NCBI RefSeq assembly: GCF_044704955.1
Contig: NC_091978.1
Span: forward strand, 112,840,001-112,904,000
DNA length: 64,000 nt
Direction of reading: 5' to 3'
DNA from: Pristiophorus japonicus
Lineage: Eukaryota
The notes beneath the pieces were generated by a model. It was not told where the DNA came from, did no database searches, and saw only the letters and a program-made list of their open reading frames with translations. Below, one piece after another: positions 37,840-50,553 of the stretch (position 1 is its first letter; the number at the start of each line of letters is the position of its first letter). A program made the position numbers and the translations under genes.

Positions 37840-38134
37840 AGAAGTCTAAAAATGATGGCTTACTCGAGAGTCTCTGTTATGTGAGTCATGCTGTAAAGCT
37901 GCTTTAGCTATGCTATGTTGCAGAGGCACTCCAACAACCATTTCTCTTTCAAATTAGACATAACATGTTGCAGTGCATGCAATGATGGTGATAGTAAGAA
38001 GCCACAACTTCAGATATGCACCTGGAAAGTGTGCTGTGCAACCTAGATATTACTTTTGATGATAGATGAATGCTTAAGACAATCATATGATAGTCCTATG
38101 TCTGTTATTTTAGCAAGAGGCATTAACTGATTTT

Positions 38135-38363
38135 TTTCATTCATGAGACGTGGGCTTCGCTGGCAAGGCCAGCATTTATTCCCCATCCCTAATTGCCCTT
38201 GTAAAGGTAGTGGTGAGCTGCCTTCTTGAATCGCTGCAGTCTGTATGGTGAAGGTACTCCTACAGTACTGTTAAGTAAGGAGTTCCAGGACTGTAACCCA
38301 GCAATGATGAAGGAACGGTGATATATTTCCAAGTCAGGATGATGTGTGTCTTAGAGGGGAATT
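38135..38363 (-). mobile_element. 3' end of a second CR1/L2-group LINE lineage
   Basis: Homologous to 63300-63505 (GGCAAGGCCAGCATTTATT..., GAGTTCCAGGACT..ACCCAGC..TGATGAAGGAAC). Confidence 0.75.
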
Positions 38364-39112
38364 TAAAATAAATAGACTAACATCTGCTTTAAAATAGGCG
38401 ACAGAGGAATGTCATATAATGTGGTATAATTGAATGCTCCTTTTGGAGACTGTGGTCTAGATTTTTCATTTGCAATGCCGATGGTAACCCAATCATTTTA
38501 AATGGCTTAATATCTGTGTGAAATCAGAGAATCTAGGCAAATAAATCTAATTTGGAATCCTTTTGCACTCTTGAAAGATGAAAAAGTGAAAATCTCTCTT
38601 CCAGGAGAATATTTCACAATATAAGGTTCATGCTCTTTGAAGAACTCATTGGCGTTTGGGGCTTTGCAGTTAATAGGCAGAAGAGTCTAAATTTTCCATG
38701 TCCAGGCCAGCAGTTAGATATCTCACCCATATCTCTGCCAATGTGTATCAGAAAATCAGCAGCAGTGCACTCGTGGCGTGCTAGCTGAGGGTGAAGTCAC
38801 TGCAAGCCCAGAATTGGAAAATGTACTCCATTAGGTCAGCCATGCAATTTTACAAATGCATAACTCACGAGTACCAAATTTCTCTCACCACTATTTTAGC
38901 AGAAGAATGAAGCTATTAAAAATAAATTTGGAACTAAAATGTAACTGCCTCCATTGTGATAGCAGGAAGAGCAAACAATACAAGTTTTGTACAATAACAT
39001 TACTCAGTAATTTTTACCTTTCCCCTCTTTTAAAGTAAAGATAGTCTTCAGATAGCCTTTTTTGGTTTGCTCATCACTGCGTAATTATTGAGAACTCTAG
39101 AGCCAAGTCAAT

Positions 39113-39711
39113 GATGAGAATTTTAACTCCCGGTTGTGAAAATAGGCTTGTGAGTAGCCAACCCATCCAGCAGTGGTAGAGGGAGGCCCAGCCAATTTTA
39201 ACCATAAGGCCTCATTAAAACGCCGTTGGCCAACTTTCTACCCAAAACAAAAGGTAAGTCATCAGGAATTGGTGGAACATTGGGTACCTGCCAGGCCCAA
39301 GGCAAGTGTGGTTAGCAGTTTACGAAAGAAGGTGGAGTCCAGGATAGGGGAGGCCCATACTTCCCTTGTGGGGCCCAGAGGGACCCCATTGCTGCTCCTA
39401 CAAAGGAATATTTTAAATCTGGCTGGAAAGGCCTCTTTAGTCTTCAGAGCGGGTTGTATCTGCCGAGGCAGACACTGCAGGCGCCATACTCTCTTCCGGG
39501 TTGAGATAGCATCAGGGCCCTATTGAGAGGATAGACCCAGATTTACAAAATGTATGAGGCTCCTGCCTGACTCACATGGGCACCTCATATACCTGATGAA
39601 TCAGGCATTCCAAAATTGGAACGAGCATAAACAAAGTGGGTATTTCACACATTCCATTTAACTGATCGTCAGCCCAGTTTCCGCTGGACAGGGGGCTTTA
39701 AAATTCCCCTC
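39113..39711. mobile_element. PIF/Harbinger-type MITE
   Basis: TIRs GATGAGAATTTTAA / TTAAAATTCCCCTC with flanks AAT/AGT. Confidence 0.55.
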
Positions 39712-39866
39712 AGTGAATTACAACTCATTTGCTGAGCTAACATTAATGGAGGGCACTTTTGTCATTCTTAATTCACTCAGATCCAGTTGTGCAGAAAACT
39801 GCTGGCAGTGAATTAATTACTAAAATACATTTAAGAACTGCGCAACTGAGGCTTGTATTCGATAAA

Positions 39867-40652
39867 GGGCTAGAAATTCGGCTTTGTAGTGCCCAGTTTT
39901 TTCATGCTACGAGTGCCGTTTTGTGTCCAAAATGGTGCCCACATCATTCACGCACAATTCTGATGCAGGCCGCACCGGATGCCATCAAGACCCAACAAGA
40001 GGCATCCTTTACCCACGTCTGAAGCAGGAGTTAGGACAAAAGAAAAAGTAAGAAAGGCTTGCATTTATATAGAGCCTTTCACGACCACTGGACGTCCCAA
40101 AGCTCTTTAGTGTAGGAAATATATGCAAATAAGGGGCCTGCTTCTGCTCTCTTTTGCAACTTTAGTTTGCGTCTGAGGCAGCCAGCATCAGTGCTGATTG
40201 CTTCCGGAACAGCACGGAATTAAAAAAAGATAAGTCTTTACCGTAATCACCAGCGCTCCCGGCCCCGCGATCTCTGACCTCAGTCCAAACTCCGACCTCC
40301 AGGTCCTCAATCTTCTCTCGGCCAGCCTCAACCCCGTGCTCCTAGCACCATCCAACCCCCCTCCCTCCCCACCCCGCCAGCAATACTCCACAACCCCGCG
40401 ATCTTCTTCCCTGACCCCCGGCAGCCCTCTGATCGCACTCCGAGGCCCAGCCATTCCTCCTCCAGTTCCCCATGATCTTACCTAATCATTTACCTGAAAA
40501 TGGGCGCACGACCCTGTGGGGGCTCCAACCGCTGCACCATCTATATGATAATGAGGTCCGAGATCCAAACTTCCGGGCCCCTCGGACCTCCCCATTTGTT
40601 AGTACTCTGCGAGGAAGGCGCCCAAAAATGCATGCTGCTAAATTTCTCGGCC
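39867..40652. mobile_element. PIF/Harbinger-type MITE containing a SINE tail
   Basis: TIRs GGGCTAGAAATT / AATTTCTCGGCC with 3-bp TSD AAA/AAA. Confidence 0.65.
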
Positions 40653-40798
40653 AAACTGTTATACCACAATGAATTGGAGCTCATGCAGCATGAAGATACT
40701 GCATTATAATGCAGGAAGCAGCCAATATATTTGAATAGGTCCTAATTCTTGATTAGTCCGTTCAATAATTAGTTTAAACATTTCAGTAGCATTACAAC

Positions 40799-41386
40799 GG
40801 CCCTGAAATTCCAGCATATGTACGGACCCGGAGAAGCCTTGCAAAAGCCCTTTTTTTGGCGCGCAATGCGCATGTGCCGTAAACGGGCTTCTCCGCTCTG
40901 TCAAGATATCTCTTGACAGACCCTCTGCATTCCCACTAAAATAAAATTTCATTACACATTTTGATAGTAAAAACCCTATCCACTATGGTAAGTTTATTTT
41001 AAACCCTATTAAAAAATATTTTTAAAAATCCCCAAAATATTAGCTTTAATTTCAATTAATTTTAAATATGTGTGGTGTTTTTTTAATTTATGGTGTTGTG
41101 TTTGGGTGTTTTAGGGGGTTATTCTCATTGATAGTAATGGGAACTTATAAAATCGGAGTTCCCATTATCATCAATGAGAATACTGTACCGTGACTGGTGT
41201 TCCAGGCCCACGTGACTCCAGCTTCTCCGTCCGTATCTAGAAGATGTGGACGCGCTGCAAAGTGCATGGAAAGAAGGCTTCTGACCAGAATCCAAGGTGC
41301 CTCCGGGACCACCAGGTACATTTGCAGAGAAGTTTTGGGTCGGAGGCGTTCGTCCGAAGGAAGCCTCCAACCGGAATTTCAGAGCC
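40799..41386. mobile_element. PIF/Harbinger-type MITE
   Basis: TIRs GGCCCTGAAATTCC / GGAATTTCAGAGCC with flanks AAC/AAT. Confidence 0.65.
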
Positions 41387-41391
41387 AATAA

Positions 41392-42073
41392 GGGGGGAGA
41401 AATTCGGTTGTTTAGCACCACCATTAGTGCCAGAGCGGGGCACTAAGGGTCCGCTAAACATCGATGACAGCCTGCTGCGAACTTCACCAATGGTTTAGCG
41501 TCGGCGCTGTCATTTAGCGCTGTGCACGCTAATGCCACCCACTTGGTGACGTCAGGAGTATGGAACATAATATAAGAACATAAGAATTAGGAACAGGAGT
41601 AGGCCATCTAGCCCCTTTGCGATGCGTTTCTGAAATTGACTGCTTTTGCCTGCCGTGGTGCCTGGCGCTACTCCCTACAGGGGGAACCAGATGGTGCACA
41701 GAGGCTCCCGGGGCGATATCGCAGGGAATGAAGAAGTAATTTTGAGAGTCAAATTTTTAACAATTACCTCTTTTACCTGTGGATGGCTGTTGGTAGCCTC
41801 CCTTCCAATTTTTGGTGGTTTCATATGGTCGACCTCACCTCCTCTTTAGATGTTAGGATGCCAGTATCCTAGCGCCTCAAGTTGAGACACACTCCTGCAT
41901 TACCGTCACGCGATGTGCCTTTAGTGCCCTCAGACTTCCCTTAGCGCTCCACTCTCCTCTTGGAGCGATGCAACTGAATATCCCACTTTGAGGCGGTAGA
42001 CATGGCCGAGCATTCAAGGTAGCACCGCGACAGTGTCACTACCTCAAAGCGGGTGATACCGAATGTCTAGCCC
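41392..42073. mobile_element. PIF/Harbinger-type MITE containing a short CR1 tail
   Basis: TIRs GGGGGAGAAATTC / GAATGTCTAGCCC. A CR1 tail AAGAACATAAGAATTAGGAACAGGAGTAGGCC lies at about 41574-41612. Confidence 0.6.
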
Positions 42074-42117
42074 AATTTAAAATGAAAATGCTTTACCGCA
42101 AGAAAAGAAAACATCTC

Positions 42118-42579
42118 GACAGGAATATTTACCCACTGACACGCTGGGAGTGGGGGAGCACTGTAGCACGCGGGGAACACAGAGGTTTCAGCTGCACATC
42201 TGTCAGTGGCTTTTTAACACGGTCACTGCATTAACATCTAACTTCCGGGGTTCCCGACCAATTCACATGAGCGGGCATGATGACGACATGCATGAGTCTA
42301 ATACAGCTGAACTATTTAAAGGGTCCCTGCGACGATGAAAGTTGAAGGATTGTCCAGGTGGGGGAACAGAGGAAGAAACTGCATTAGTGGCGTCCCAACG
42401 TGGCAAGGCTGCACCTCACCTTAAATGATGCCTCCCTAGAGCTGATGCAGCATTCTGTAAGTGCCCGCACTGAGATTCTCTTCCCATGCCGACTCCAGCA
42501 CATCATTCTTCAGACGTACTTACCTTGCAGGTGAAGCCAGTCCTATCTGTCCAGGCACCCAAAGCGCAACTTCAGCATT
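42118..42579 (+). mobile_element. Harbinger left arm with the start of a Myb/SANT-like gene
   Basis: From about 42388: ASQRGKAAP, a frameshift, then NDASLELMQHSVSARTEILFP, resembling the N-terminus of Harbinger Myb-like proteins. Probably the partner of 48005-49320. Confidence 0.45.
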
Positions 42580-45500
42580 CCTGGGCAGGACCGGAACCAA
42601 TGTCCTAGGGGGAGTGTTTGCTGGTGCTGTTGGAGAGGAGTTAAACTAATATGGCAGGGGGATGGGAACTAATGCAGAGAGACAGAGAGAAACAAAAAGA
42701 GACAAAAGCAAAAGACAGAAAGGAGATGAGTTAAAGTGGAGGGCAGAGAAACCCAAGGCAAAAAACAAAAAGGGCCACTAAATATAAAGGGGATGTGGGA
42801 GGGATCAAAACTAAAAATCATAGTTTAAAAACTAGGATTAAAACACTCTACCTAAATGCACATAGCATTCAAAATAAAGTAAATGAGTTGACGGCACAAA
42901 TCATTACAAATGGGTATGATTTGGTGGCCATTACAGAAACATGGTTGCAGGGTGGCCAAGACTAGGAATTAAACATACAGGGGTATCTGACGATTCAGAA
43001 AGATAGACAAGAAGGGAAAGGAGGTGGGGTAGCTCTGTTAATAAAGGATGATATCAGGGCAGTTGTGAGAGATGATATTGGCTCTAATGAACAAAATGTT
43101 GAATCATTGTGGGTGGAGATTGGAGATAGTAAGGGGAAAAAGTCACTGATGGGCATAGTTTATAGGCCCCCAAATAATAACTTCACGGTGGGGCGGGCAA
43201 TAATCAAGGGAATAATGGAGGCATGTGAAAAAGGAACGGCAGTAATCATGGGGGATTTTAACCTACATATCGATTGGTCAACTCAAATCGCACAGGTTAG
43301 CCTGGAGGAGGAATTCATAGAATGCATACAGGATTGTTTCTTAGAACAGTATGTTACAGAACCTACAAGGGAGCAAGCTATCTTAGATCTGGTCCTGTGT
43401 AATGAGACAGGAAAAATAAATGATCTCCTAGTAAAAGATCCTCTTGGAATGAGTGATCACAGTATGGTTGAATTTATAATACATATTGAGGGTGAGGAAG
43501 TTGTGTCAGAAACGAGCGTACTATGCTTAAACAAAGGGGACTACAGTGGAATGAGGACAGAGTTGGCTAAAGTAGACTGGAAACACAGACTAAACGGTGG
43601 CACAATTGAGGAACAGTGGAGGACTTTGAAGGAGTTCATTCATAGTGCGCAACAAAAATATATTCCAGTGAAAAAGAATGGTGGTAAGAGAAGGGATAAC
43701 CAGCCGTGGATAACCAAGGAAATAAAGGAGAGTATCAAATCAAAGACCAATGCGTATAAGATGGCCAAGGTTAGTGAGAAACTAGAAGATTGGGAAAATT
43801 TTAAACAACAGCAAAGAATGACTAAAAAAGCAATAAAGAAAGGAAAGATAGATTACGAAGGTAAACTTGCGCAAAACATAAAAACAGATAGTAAAAGCTT
43901 TTACAGATATATAAAACGGAAAAGAGTGACTAAAGTAAATGTTGGTCCCTTAGAAGATGAGAAGGGGGATTTAATAGTGGGAAATGTGGAAATGGCTGAG
44001 ACTTTAAACAATTATTTTGCTTCGGTCTTCACAGTGGAAGACACAAAAACCATGCCAAAAATTGCTGGTCATAGGAATGTGGGAAGGGAGGACCTTGAGA
44101 CAATCACTATCACTAGGGGGGTAGTGCTGGACAGGCTAATGGGGCTCAAGGTAGACAAGTCCCCTGGTCCTGATGAAATGCATCCCAGGGTATTAAAAGA
44201 AATGGTGGAAGTTATAGCAGATGCATTTGTTATAATCTACCAAAATTCTCTGGACTCTGGGGAGGTACCAGCGGATTGGAAAGCAGCTAGTGTAACGCCT
44301 CTGTTTAAAAAAGGGGGCAGACAAAAGGCAGGTAACTATAGGCCGGTTAGTTTAACATCTGTAGTGGGGAAAATGCTTGAAGCTATCATTAAGGAAGAAA
44401 TAGCGGGACATCTAGTTCGGATTAGTGCAATCAAGCAGACGCAGCATGGATTCATGAAGGGGAAATCATGTTTAACTAATTTACTGGAATTCTTTGAGGA
44501 TATAACGAGCATGGTGGATAGAGGTGTACCGATGGATGTGGTGTATTTAGATTTCCAAAAGGCATTCGATAAGATGCCACACAAAAGGTTACTGCAGAAG
44601 ATAAAGGTACCCGGAGTCAGAGGAAATGTATTAGCATGGATAGAGATTGGCTGGCGAACAGAAAGCAGAAAGTCGGGATAAATGGGTCCTTTTCGGGTTG
44701 GAAATCAGTGGTTAGCGGTGTGCCACAGGGATCGGTACTGGGACCATAACTATTTACAATATACATAGATGACCTGGAAGAGGGGACAGAGTGTAGTGTA
44801 ACAAAATTTGCAGATGACACAAAGATTAGTGGGAAAGCGGGTTGTGTAGAGGACACAGAGAGGCTGCAAAGTGATTTAGATAGGTTAAGCGAATGGGCTA
44901 AGGTTTGGCAGATGGAATACAATGTCGGAAAGTGTGAGGTCATCCACCTTGGGGAAAAAAACCAGTAAAAGGGAATATTATTTGAATGGGGAGAAATTAC
45001 AACATGCTGAGGTGCAGAGGGACCTGGGGGTCCTTGTGCATGAAACTCTTTTTGGAGTTTATCTGCAAAACAAAAAAAACATTAAACCATGCCACCCGAC
45101 TTGGGTGACACACCAGACATTTACAAGGCCCTTTTTTTTTTCTTTTTTTTTTCTCCTTTTTTTTGTTTTTTTTTGTGTTTTTCTTTTTTTTTGGGGGCAC
45201 TAAAATCACAATTTTTCCCCAGTGCCCCCTATAAAAGGGAAGGGGGACACTAAAAGCACCGGCAATTAAAACAAATTAAACTTTAAAACATAAAATCAAA
45301 TTAAAATTTGGTTGCCGGGCGTGATGATGCACTCCAGTCCCTCCGGTGCCCACCTCTCGCGTAAGGCCGCGAGCGTACCGGTGGACACCGCGTGCTCCAT
45401 CTCCAAAGACACCCTGGACCGGATGTAAGAGCGGAAGAGAGGCAGGCAGTCAGGTTGAACGACCCCCTCGACCGCCCGCTGCCTGGACCGGCTGATGGCA

Positions 45501-48004
45501 CCCTTGGCCGTGCCCAGGAGCAGTCCTACAAGGAGGCCTTCGGACCTACCCGCTCCCCTCCACACAGGGTGCCCAAAGATCAGGAGAGTGGGACAGAAGT
45601 GCAGCCAGAATTTCAGGAGCAGCCCCTTCATATAATGGAACAGGGGCTGCAACCTCGTGCATTCAATAAAAACATGGAACACGGACTCCTCCAGACCGCA
45701 GAAATTGCAGGTGGCCTGGGAGTCCGTGAACCGGCTTAAAAATTTATTGCACGGCACTGCTCCGTGCACCACCCTCCAGGCCAAGTCCCCGATGAATAGT
45801 GGGAGGACCCCTGCGTAGAGTGCCCTCCATCGGGGACCCCCGCCTCCTCCGGACGGCAGGATGGTACACCATGGCGTGTCCGGACGGCAGGCGAGGATGG
45901 CAAAGTTGAGAGTGTGCAGGAGCAGCCCGTACAGGAAACCCCTCCGCGCGGAACTGAAGGGCACGGAGGGGATTTCCCCGAGGCGGCTCAAGTTGTGAGG
46001 CGCCGGCCCCCGAGGGAGGTTCCGGGGTTTGGCGCCAATGAGGAATTCCGTCCGGACGGGGGTCAGTTCGGACGGGATCTCCCCACGTGCCTGAGTCTCC
46101 TCGATGCACCTAACGGAGTCAGGGCCCTGAGCTGTTTTTAGCGACTCGATGGCATCGGCCGCGTGGCGGACGTTGGCAGAATTTAGGCGCTGCGCCAGCG
46201 TGTCTGGCGCCATCCAGCCCGCTCCTCCGCCATCGAGCAGGTCCCTGACCCTGGTCACCTCACCAGCCACAGCCCTCTCTTACGACCGCCACATAAAACC
46301 TCGGTCGTGGAGGTACGGATTCCCGAGCAGCGGCTCCTGGAGGACGGCCGCCACTCCAGCCGGCGGAGAGCTGCGCTTGGTGGAGACTTTGTTCCAGACC
46401 CTGATGAGTTCCTTGTAAAAGACAGGCAGCTCCCGGAGGGCGGTCCTGACACCCCCCAATTTCACAAACAGGAGCTGCGTGTCGTAATTGAGGTCGCGCT
46501 GCTGGCGGAAGAAATACCTCACCAGAGCACACCACCTCGGAGGGGGCTCGACGTAAAGGTATCTCTGCAGGGTCTGAAGACGGAAAGTCGCGAGCGGGCG
46601 CTGACGCACACCAACGACTGACCGCCCTCCTCAAGCGGGAGACTCAAGACCGCAGCAGAGACCCAGTGCTTCCTGTTGTTCCAGAAGAAGTCCACCAGCT
46701 TCTTCTGTATCTTGGCGACAAACGCAGGGGGAGGGGTCAAAGTGACCAGCCGGTACCACAACATTGCGGCCACCAGCTGGTTTATGACTAGCGCTCGACC
46801 CCTGTAGGACAGCACTCGGAGCAGTCCTGTCCAGCGCCCTAGGCGAGCGGCGACCTTGGCCTCCAGCTCCTGCCAGTTCGCCGGCCAGGCTCCCTCGTCG
46901 GGGCTAAGGTAGACTCCCAGATAGAGGAGATGGGTCGTCCTCCAGGCAAAAGGCCTGAGCTCCTCCGGCAGGGAGTCCACCCACCATTGACCCACCAGGA
47001 GTCCGGAACATTTCTCCCAGTTGATCCTGGCGGAGGACGCGGCCGAGTAAATCTCCTGGCACTCATGCATCCTCCGCAGGTCAGCGGGATCCTCTACCGC
47101 GAGGAGCACGTCATCGGCGTAAGCCGAGAGGAAGACCTCCACGCCCGGCCCTTGCAGAGCCAGTCCCGTCAACCTCGTCCGCAAGAGGCGCAGGAAAGGC
47201 TCCACGTAAACGGCGTATAACTGGCCGGACATGGGGCATCCCTGGCGCACCCCTCTCCTAAAGCGAAGGGGCGCCGTCAAGGACCTCCTTGTGCATGAAT
47301 CCCAAAATGTTAGTTTGCAGGTGCAGCAGGTAATCAGGAAGGAGAATGGAATGTTGGCCTTCATTGCGAGAGGGATGGAGTACAAAAGCAGGGAGGTCCT
47401 GCTGCACCTGTACAGGGTATTGGTAAGGCCGCACCTGGAGTACTGCGTGCAGTTTTGGTCACCTTACTTAAGGAAGGATATACTGGCTTTGGAGGGGGTA
47501 CAGAGACGATTCACTGGGCTGGTTCCAGAGATGAGGGGGTTAACTTAAGATGATAGATTGAGCAGACTGGGTCTTTACTCATTGGAGTTCAGAAGGATGA
47601 GGGGTGATCTTATAGAAACATTTAAAATAATGAAAGGGATAGACAAGATAGAGGCAGAGAGGTTGTTTCCACTGGTCGGGGAGACTAGAACTAGGGGGCA
47701 CAGCCTCAAAATACGGGGAAGTCAATTTGAAACCGAGTTGAGAAGGAATTTCTTCTCCCAGAGGTTTGTGAATCTGTGGAATTCTCTGCCCAAGGAAGCA
47801 GTTGAGGCTAGCTCATTAAATGTATTCAAGTCACAGATAGATAGATTTTTAACCAATAAGGGAATTAAGGGTTGCGGGGAGCAGGCGGGTAAGTGGAGCT
47901 GAGTCCACGGCCAGATCAGCCATGATCTTATTGAATGGCGGAGCAGGCTCGAGGGGCTAGATGGCCTACTCCTGTTCCTAATTCTTATGTTCTTATGTTC
48001 TTAT
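42580..48004 (+). mobile_element. CR1 LINE (end of ORF1 to 3' tail) interrupted by a Tx1 element
   Basis: ORF 43065-44681 (endonuclease-RT). RT continues to 45044 and resumes at 47286. Tail (TTCTTATG)n at about 47982-48004. Confidence 0.95.
45045..47285 (-). mobile_element. Tx1-clade (L1 group) non-LTR retrotransposon, 5'-truncated
   Basis: RRGVRQGCPMSGQLY, SAYADD, YLGVYL, EGGQSL and a C-terminal CNFCGLEESVFHVFIEC knuckle. GC-rich with an A-rich 3' UTR. Perfect TSD TCCTTGTGCATGAA at 45031-45044 and 47286-47299. Confidence 0.92.
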
Positions 48005-49320
48005 TCCGATTGCTTGCTCGATGGCAGTTCTCGTGGTCATGTGGCTTTGATTGTATCTCTCCTGGGCCTCATTGTTTGGGTTCCTAATGGGTGTCATCAG
48101 CCACCTCTTCAGGGGTTAGCCCTTTTCTCCAATCAGCCAGCTGATAACTCTGCTTCGAGATCCAAAGAGCTTTGAGAGGGTGGACTGGCACAGGACAAAT
48201 GCTTCATGGCAGCTGCTTAGGAATCTTGCACACACCTGCATGATGATCTTTTTGTGATTGTGTACAAGCTGAACATTGATGGAGTGGAAGCCCTTGCAGT
48301 TGATGAAGACTCCAGGGTGATCTGGGGGGCGCCTTGATTGCCACATGTATGCAATCGATGACTCCCTGGATCTGTGAGAAACCAGCCAGAGCCTCAAAGC
48401 CAAGCGCCCGCTCATTCTGACTGGCCTCATCAGTTGCAAAGTTCCCATAACTGCCGGCCCTGGCAAACATGTCACTGGTCACCTGAGTGATGCATTTGTG
48501 GGCAGCAGAATGCGAGATTCTCCAGATATCTCCTGCAGATCCCTGGAACGAGCCAGAGGTGAAGAAATTGAGGGTGGTGGTGACCCTGACAACCGATGGC
48601 AAAACGTGCCCACCAGTTCCACTTGGCAGGAGGTCTTCTTCCAGGAGGCTGGAAATGTCTGCGACCACCTGACGCAATGCCCTGAGCCTCCTGAGGCACT
48701 GGTGTTCCGACATGTCCAGAAAGCTGATCCTCTGCCTATATACCCTGTGTTGGGGGTATCGCCTCCTGTGAGCTACATGCCTGTGCTCATCCCCTCTCTC
48801 CTGTGGAGTGGCAGGTCAGTGAGGAGTAGGCTGCTGCTGCTCCTGCTGGTGCTTCTCCAGCTGCTGGTGCTGTTGCTGGTGCTGCTCATCTTGGTCCTCA
48901 TCTGAGCTGCAAAAGCAACATGCACGCTGAACTGATGCTTGACAGATGGAAATCGTAGAACATCTCACAAAAATCCACAGTAACAGAAATGACTTCCAAA
49001 GTAGTGGAAATTACTTGCAAAGTAGTGAAAGCATACTCTCCAAAAGCCTTTCAATTAGGCAAGGAAGCAGGTATGAGATCTGAGTACTTATAGGATTTGT
49101 CATTTGGTCAGCCTCCTCAATTCAGGCTGTCATCTCGCCTTGCTTTCACTAGCGAGTTCTAGGAAGCCCGGAAAACCTGTGGACGCGGAGATGAAGCTCA
49201 TGTCTGCAGTTAAAAGAGTTCTTAATTGCCTCTTAATATCTCCTAATTACCTCTTAAGATCTTTTAATTGCCAACCCGTCTCTCCCATGTGGGTTCCTCA
49301 CATGCAGACAAAATCACTGT
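48005..49320 (-). mobile_element. Harbinger transposase (HARBI1-like DDE) remnant
   Basis: ORF 48204-48713 (CLRRLR, LNFFTSGSFQ, QGVIDCIHVAI), continued in another frame as FINCKGFHSINVQLV. Confidence 0.85.
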
Positions 49321-49323
49321 ATT

Positions 49324-49690
49324 GTCAGCTGTGGATCAGTTGGTAACACTCTTGCCTCTGAGTCAGAAAGTTGTGGGTTCAAGTTCCACTCCAGGAACTT
49401 GAGCACAAAAACCTAGGCTGACACTCCAGTGCAGTGCTGCACTGTCGGAGGTGCCATCTTTTGGATGCTCCCTCAGGTGGACATAAAAGATCCATGGCAC
49501 TTTTTTGAGCAGGAGATTTCTCCCCAATATCTTGGCCAATATTTATCCCTCAACCAACATCACGAAAAAACAGTTTATCTGATTGTTATCACTTTGCTGT
49601 TTGTGGGACCTTGCTGTTTGTGGGACCTTGCTGTGCACAAATTGGCTACCACATTTCCTACATAACAACGATGAGTACATTTCAAAAGTA
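49324..49690 (+). mobile_element. SacSINE1-like tRNA-derived SINE, 3' end cut by CR1
   Basis: A box TGGATCAGTTGGT and B box GGTTCAAGTTCC, followed by a Deu-like body. Internal tandem duplication of TTGCTGTTTGTGGGACC. Confidence 0.75.
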
Positions 49691-50371
49691 TGCAGGGAGA
49701 CAGAGGGAAGTAGAATAGTGGCAGAAGCAAAAGATAGAAAGGAGAATGGTAAAAGTGGAGGGCAGAGAAACCTAAGGCAAAAAGCAAAAAGGGCCACATT
49801 ACAGCAAAATTCTAAAGGGGCAAAGTGTGTTAGAAAGACAAGCCTGAAGGCTCTGTGCCTCAATGCGAGGAGTATTCGGAATAAGGTGGACGAATTAACT
49901 GCGCAGATAGCAGTTAACGGATATGATGTAATTGGCATCACGGAGACATGGCTCCAGGGTGACCAATGCTGGGAACTCAACATCCAGGGGTATTCAACAT
50001 TTAGGAAGGATAGACAGAAAGGAAAAGGAGGCGGGGTGGCATTGCTGGTTAAAGAGGAAATTAATGCAATAGTAAGAAAGGACATTAGCTTGGATGATGT
50101 GGAATCGGTATGGGCGGAGCTACGGAATACCAAAGGGCAGAAAACGCTAGTGGGAGTAGTGTACAGACCAAAAAACAGTAGTAGTGAGGTTGGGGACAAC
50201 ATCAAACAAGAAATTAGGGATGCATGCAATAAAAGTACAGCAGTTATCATGGGTGACTTTAATCTACATACTGATTGGGCTAACCAAACTGGTAGCAATG
50301 CGGTGGAGGAGGATTTCCTGGAGTGTATTAAGGATGGTTTTCTAGACCAATATATCGAGGAACCAACTAGC
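49691..50371 (+). mobile_element. CR1 ORF2 endonuclease fragment
   Basis: LCLNARSIRNK, ITETWL, GDFN. Highly similar to the inverted copies at about 26915-27592 and 34400-35077. Confidence 0.93.
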
Positions 50372-50553
50372 CGTGCACCTTGGAGAGAGAGAGGAAAGAA
50401 GGTGTGAGTGTTTTGTCCTGCTGTTTTGAGCTTCTTGCAAAGCTACAATTAAATTATGCGGGCAATATTAACAGTGCCATAACTCGTGCAAGCCTTCTGC
50501 ATGATGCTGCTGCGGAGGAGAAGATTGATTAGGCATCATCACCTGAGGAACCT

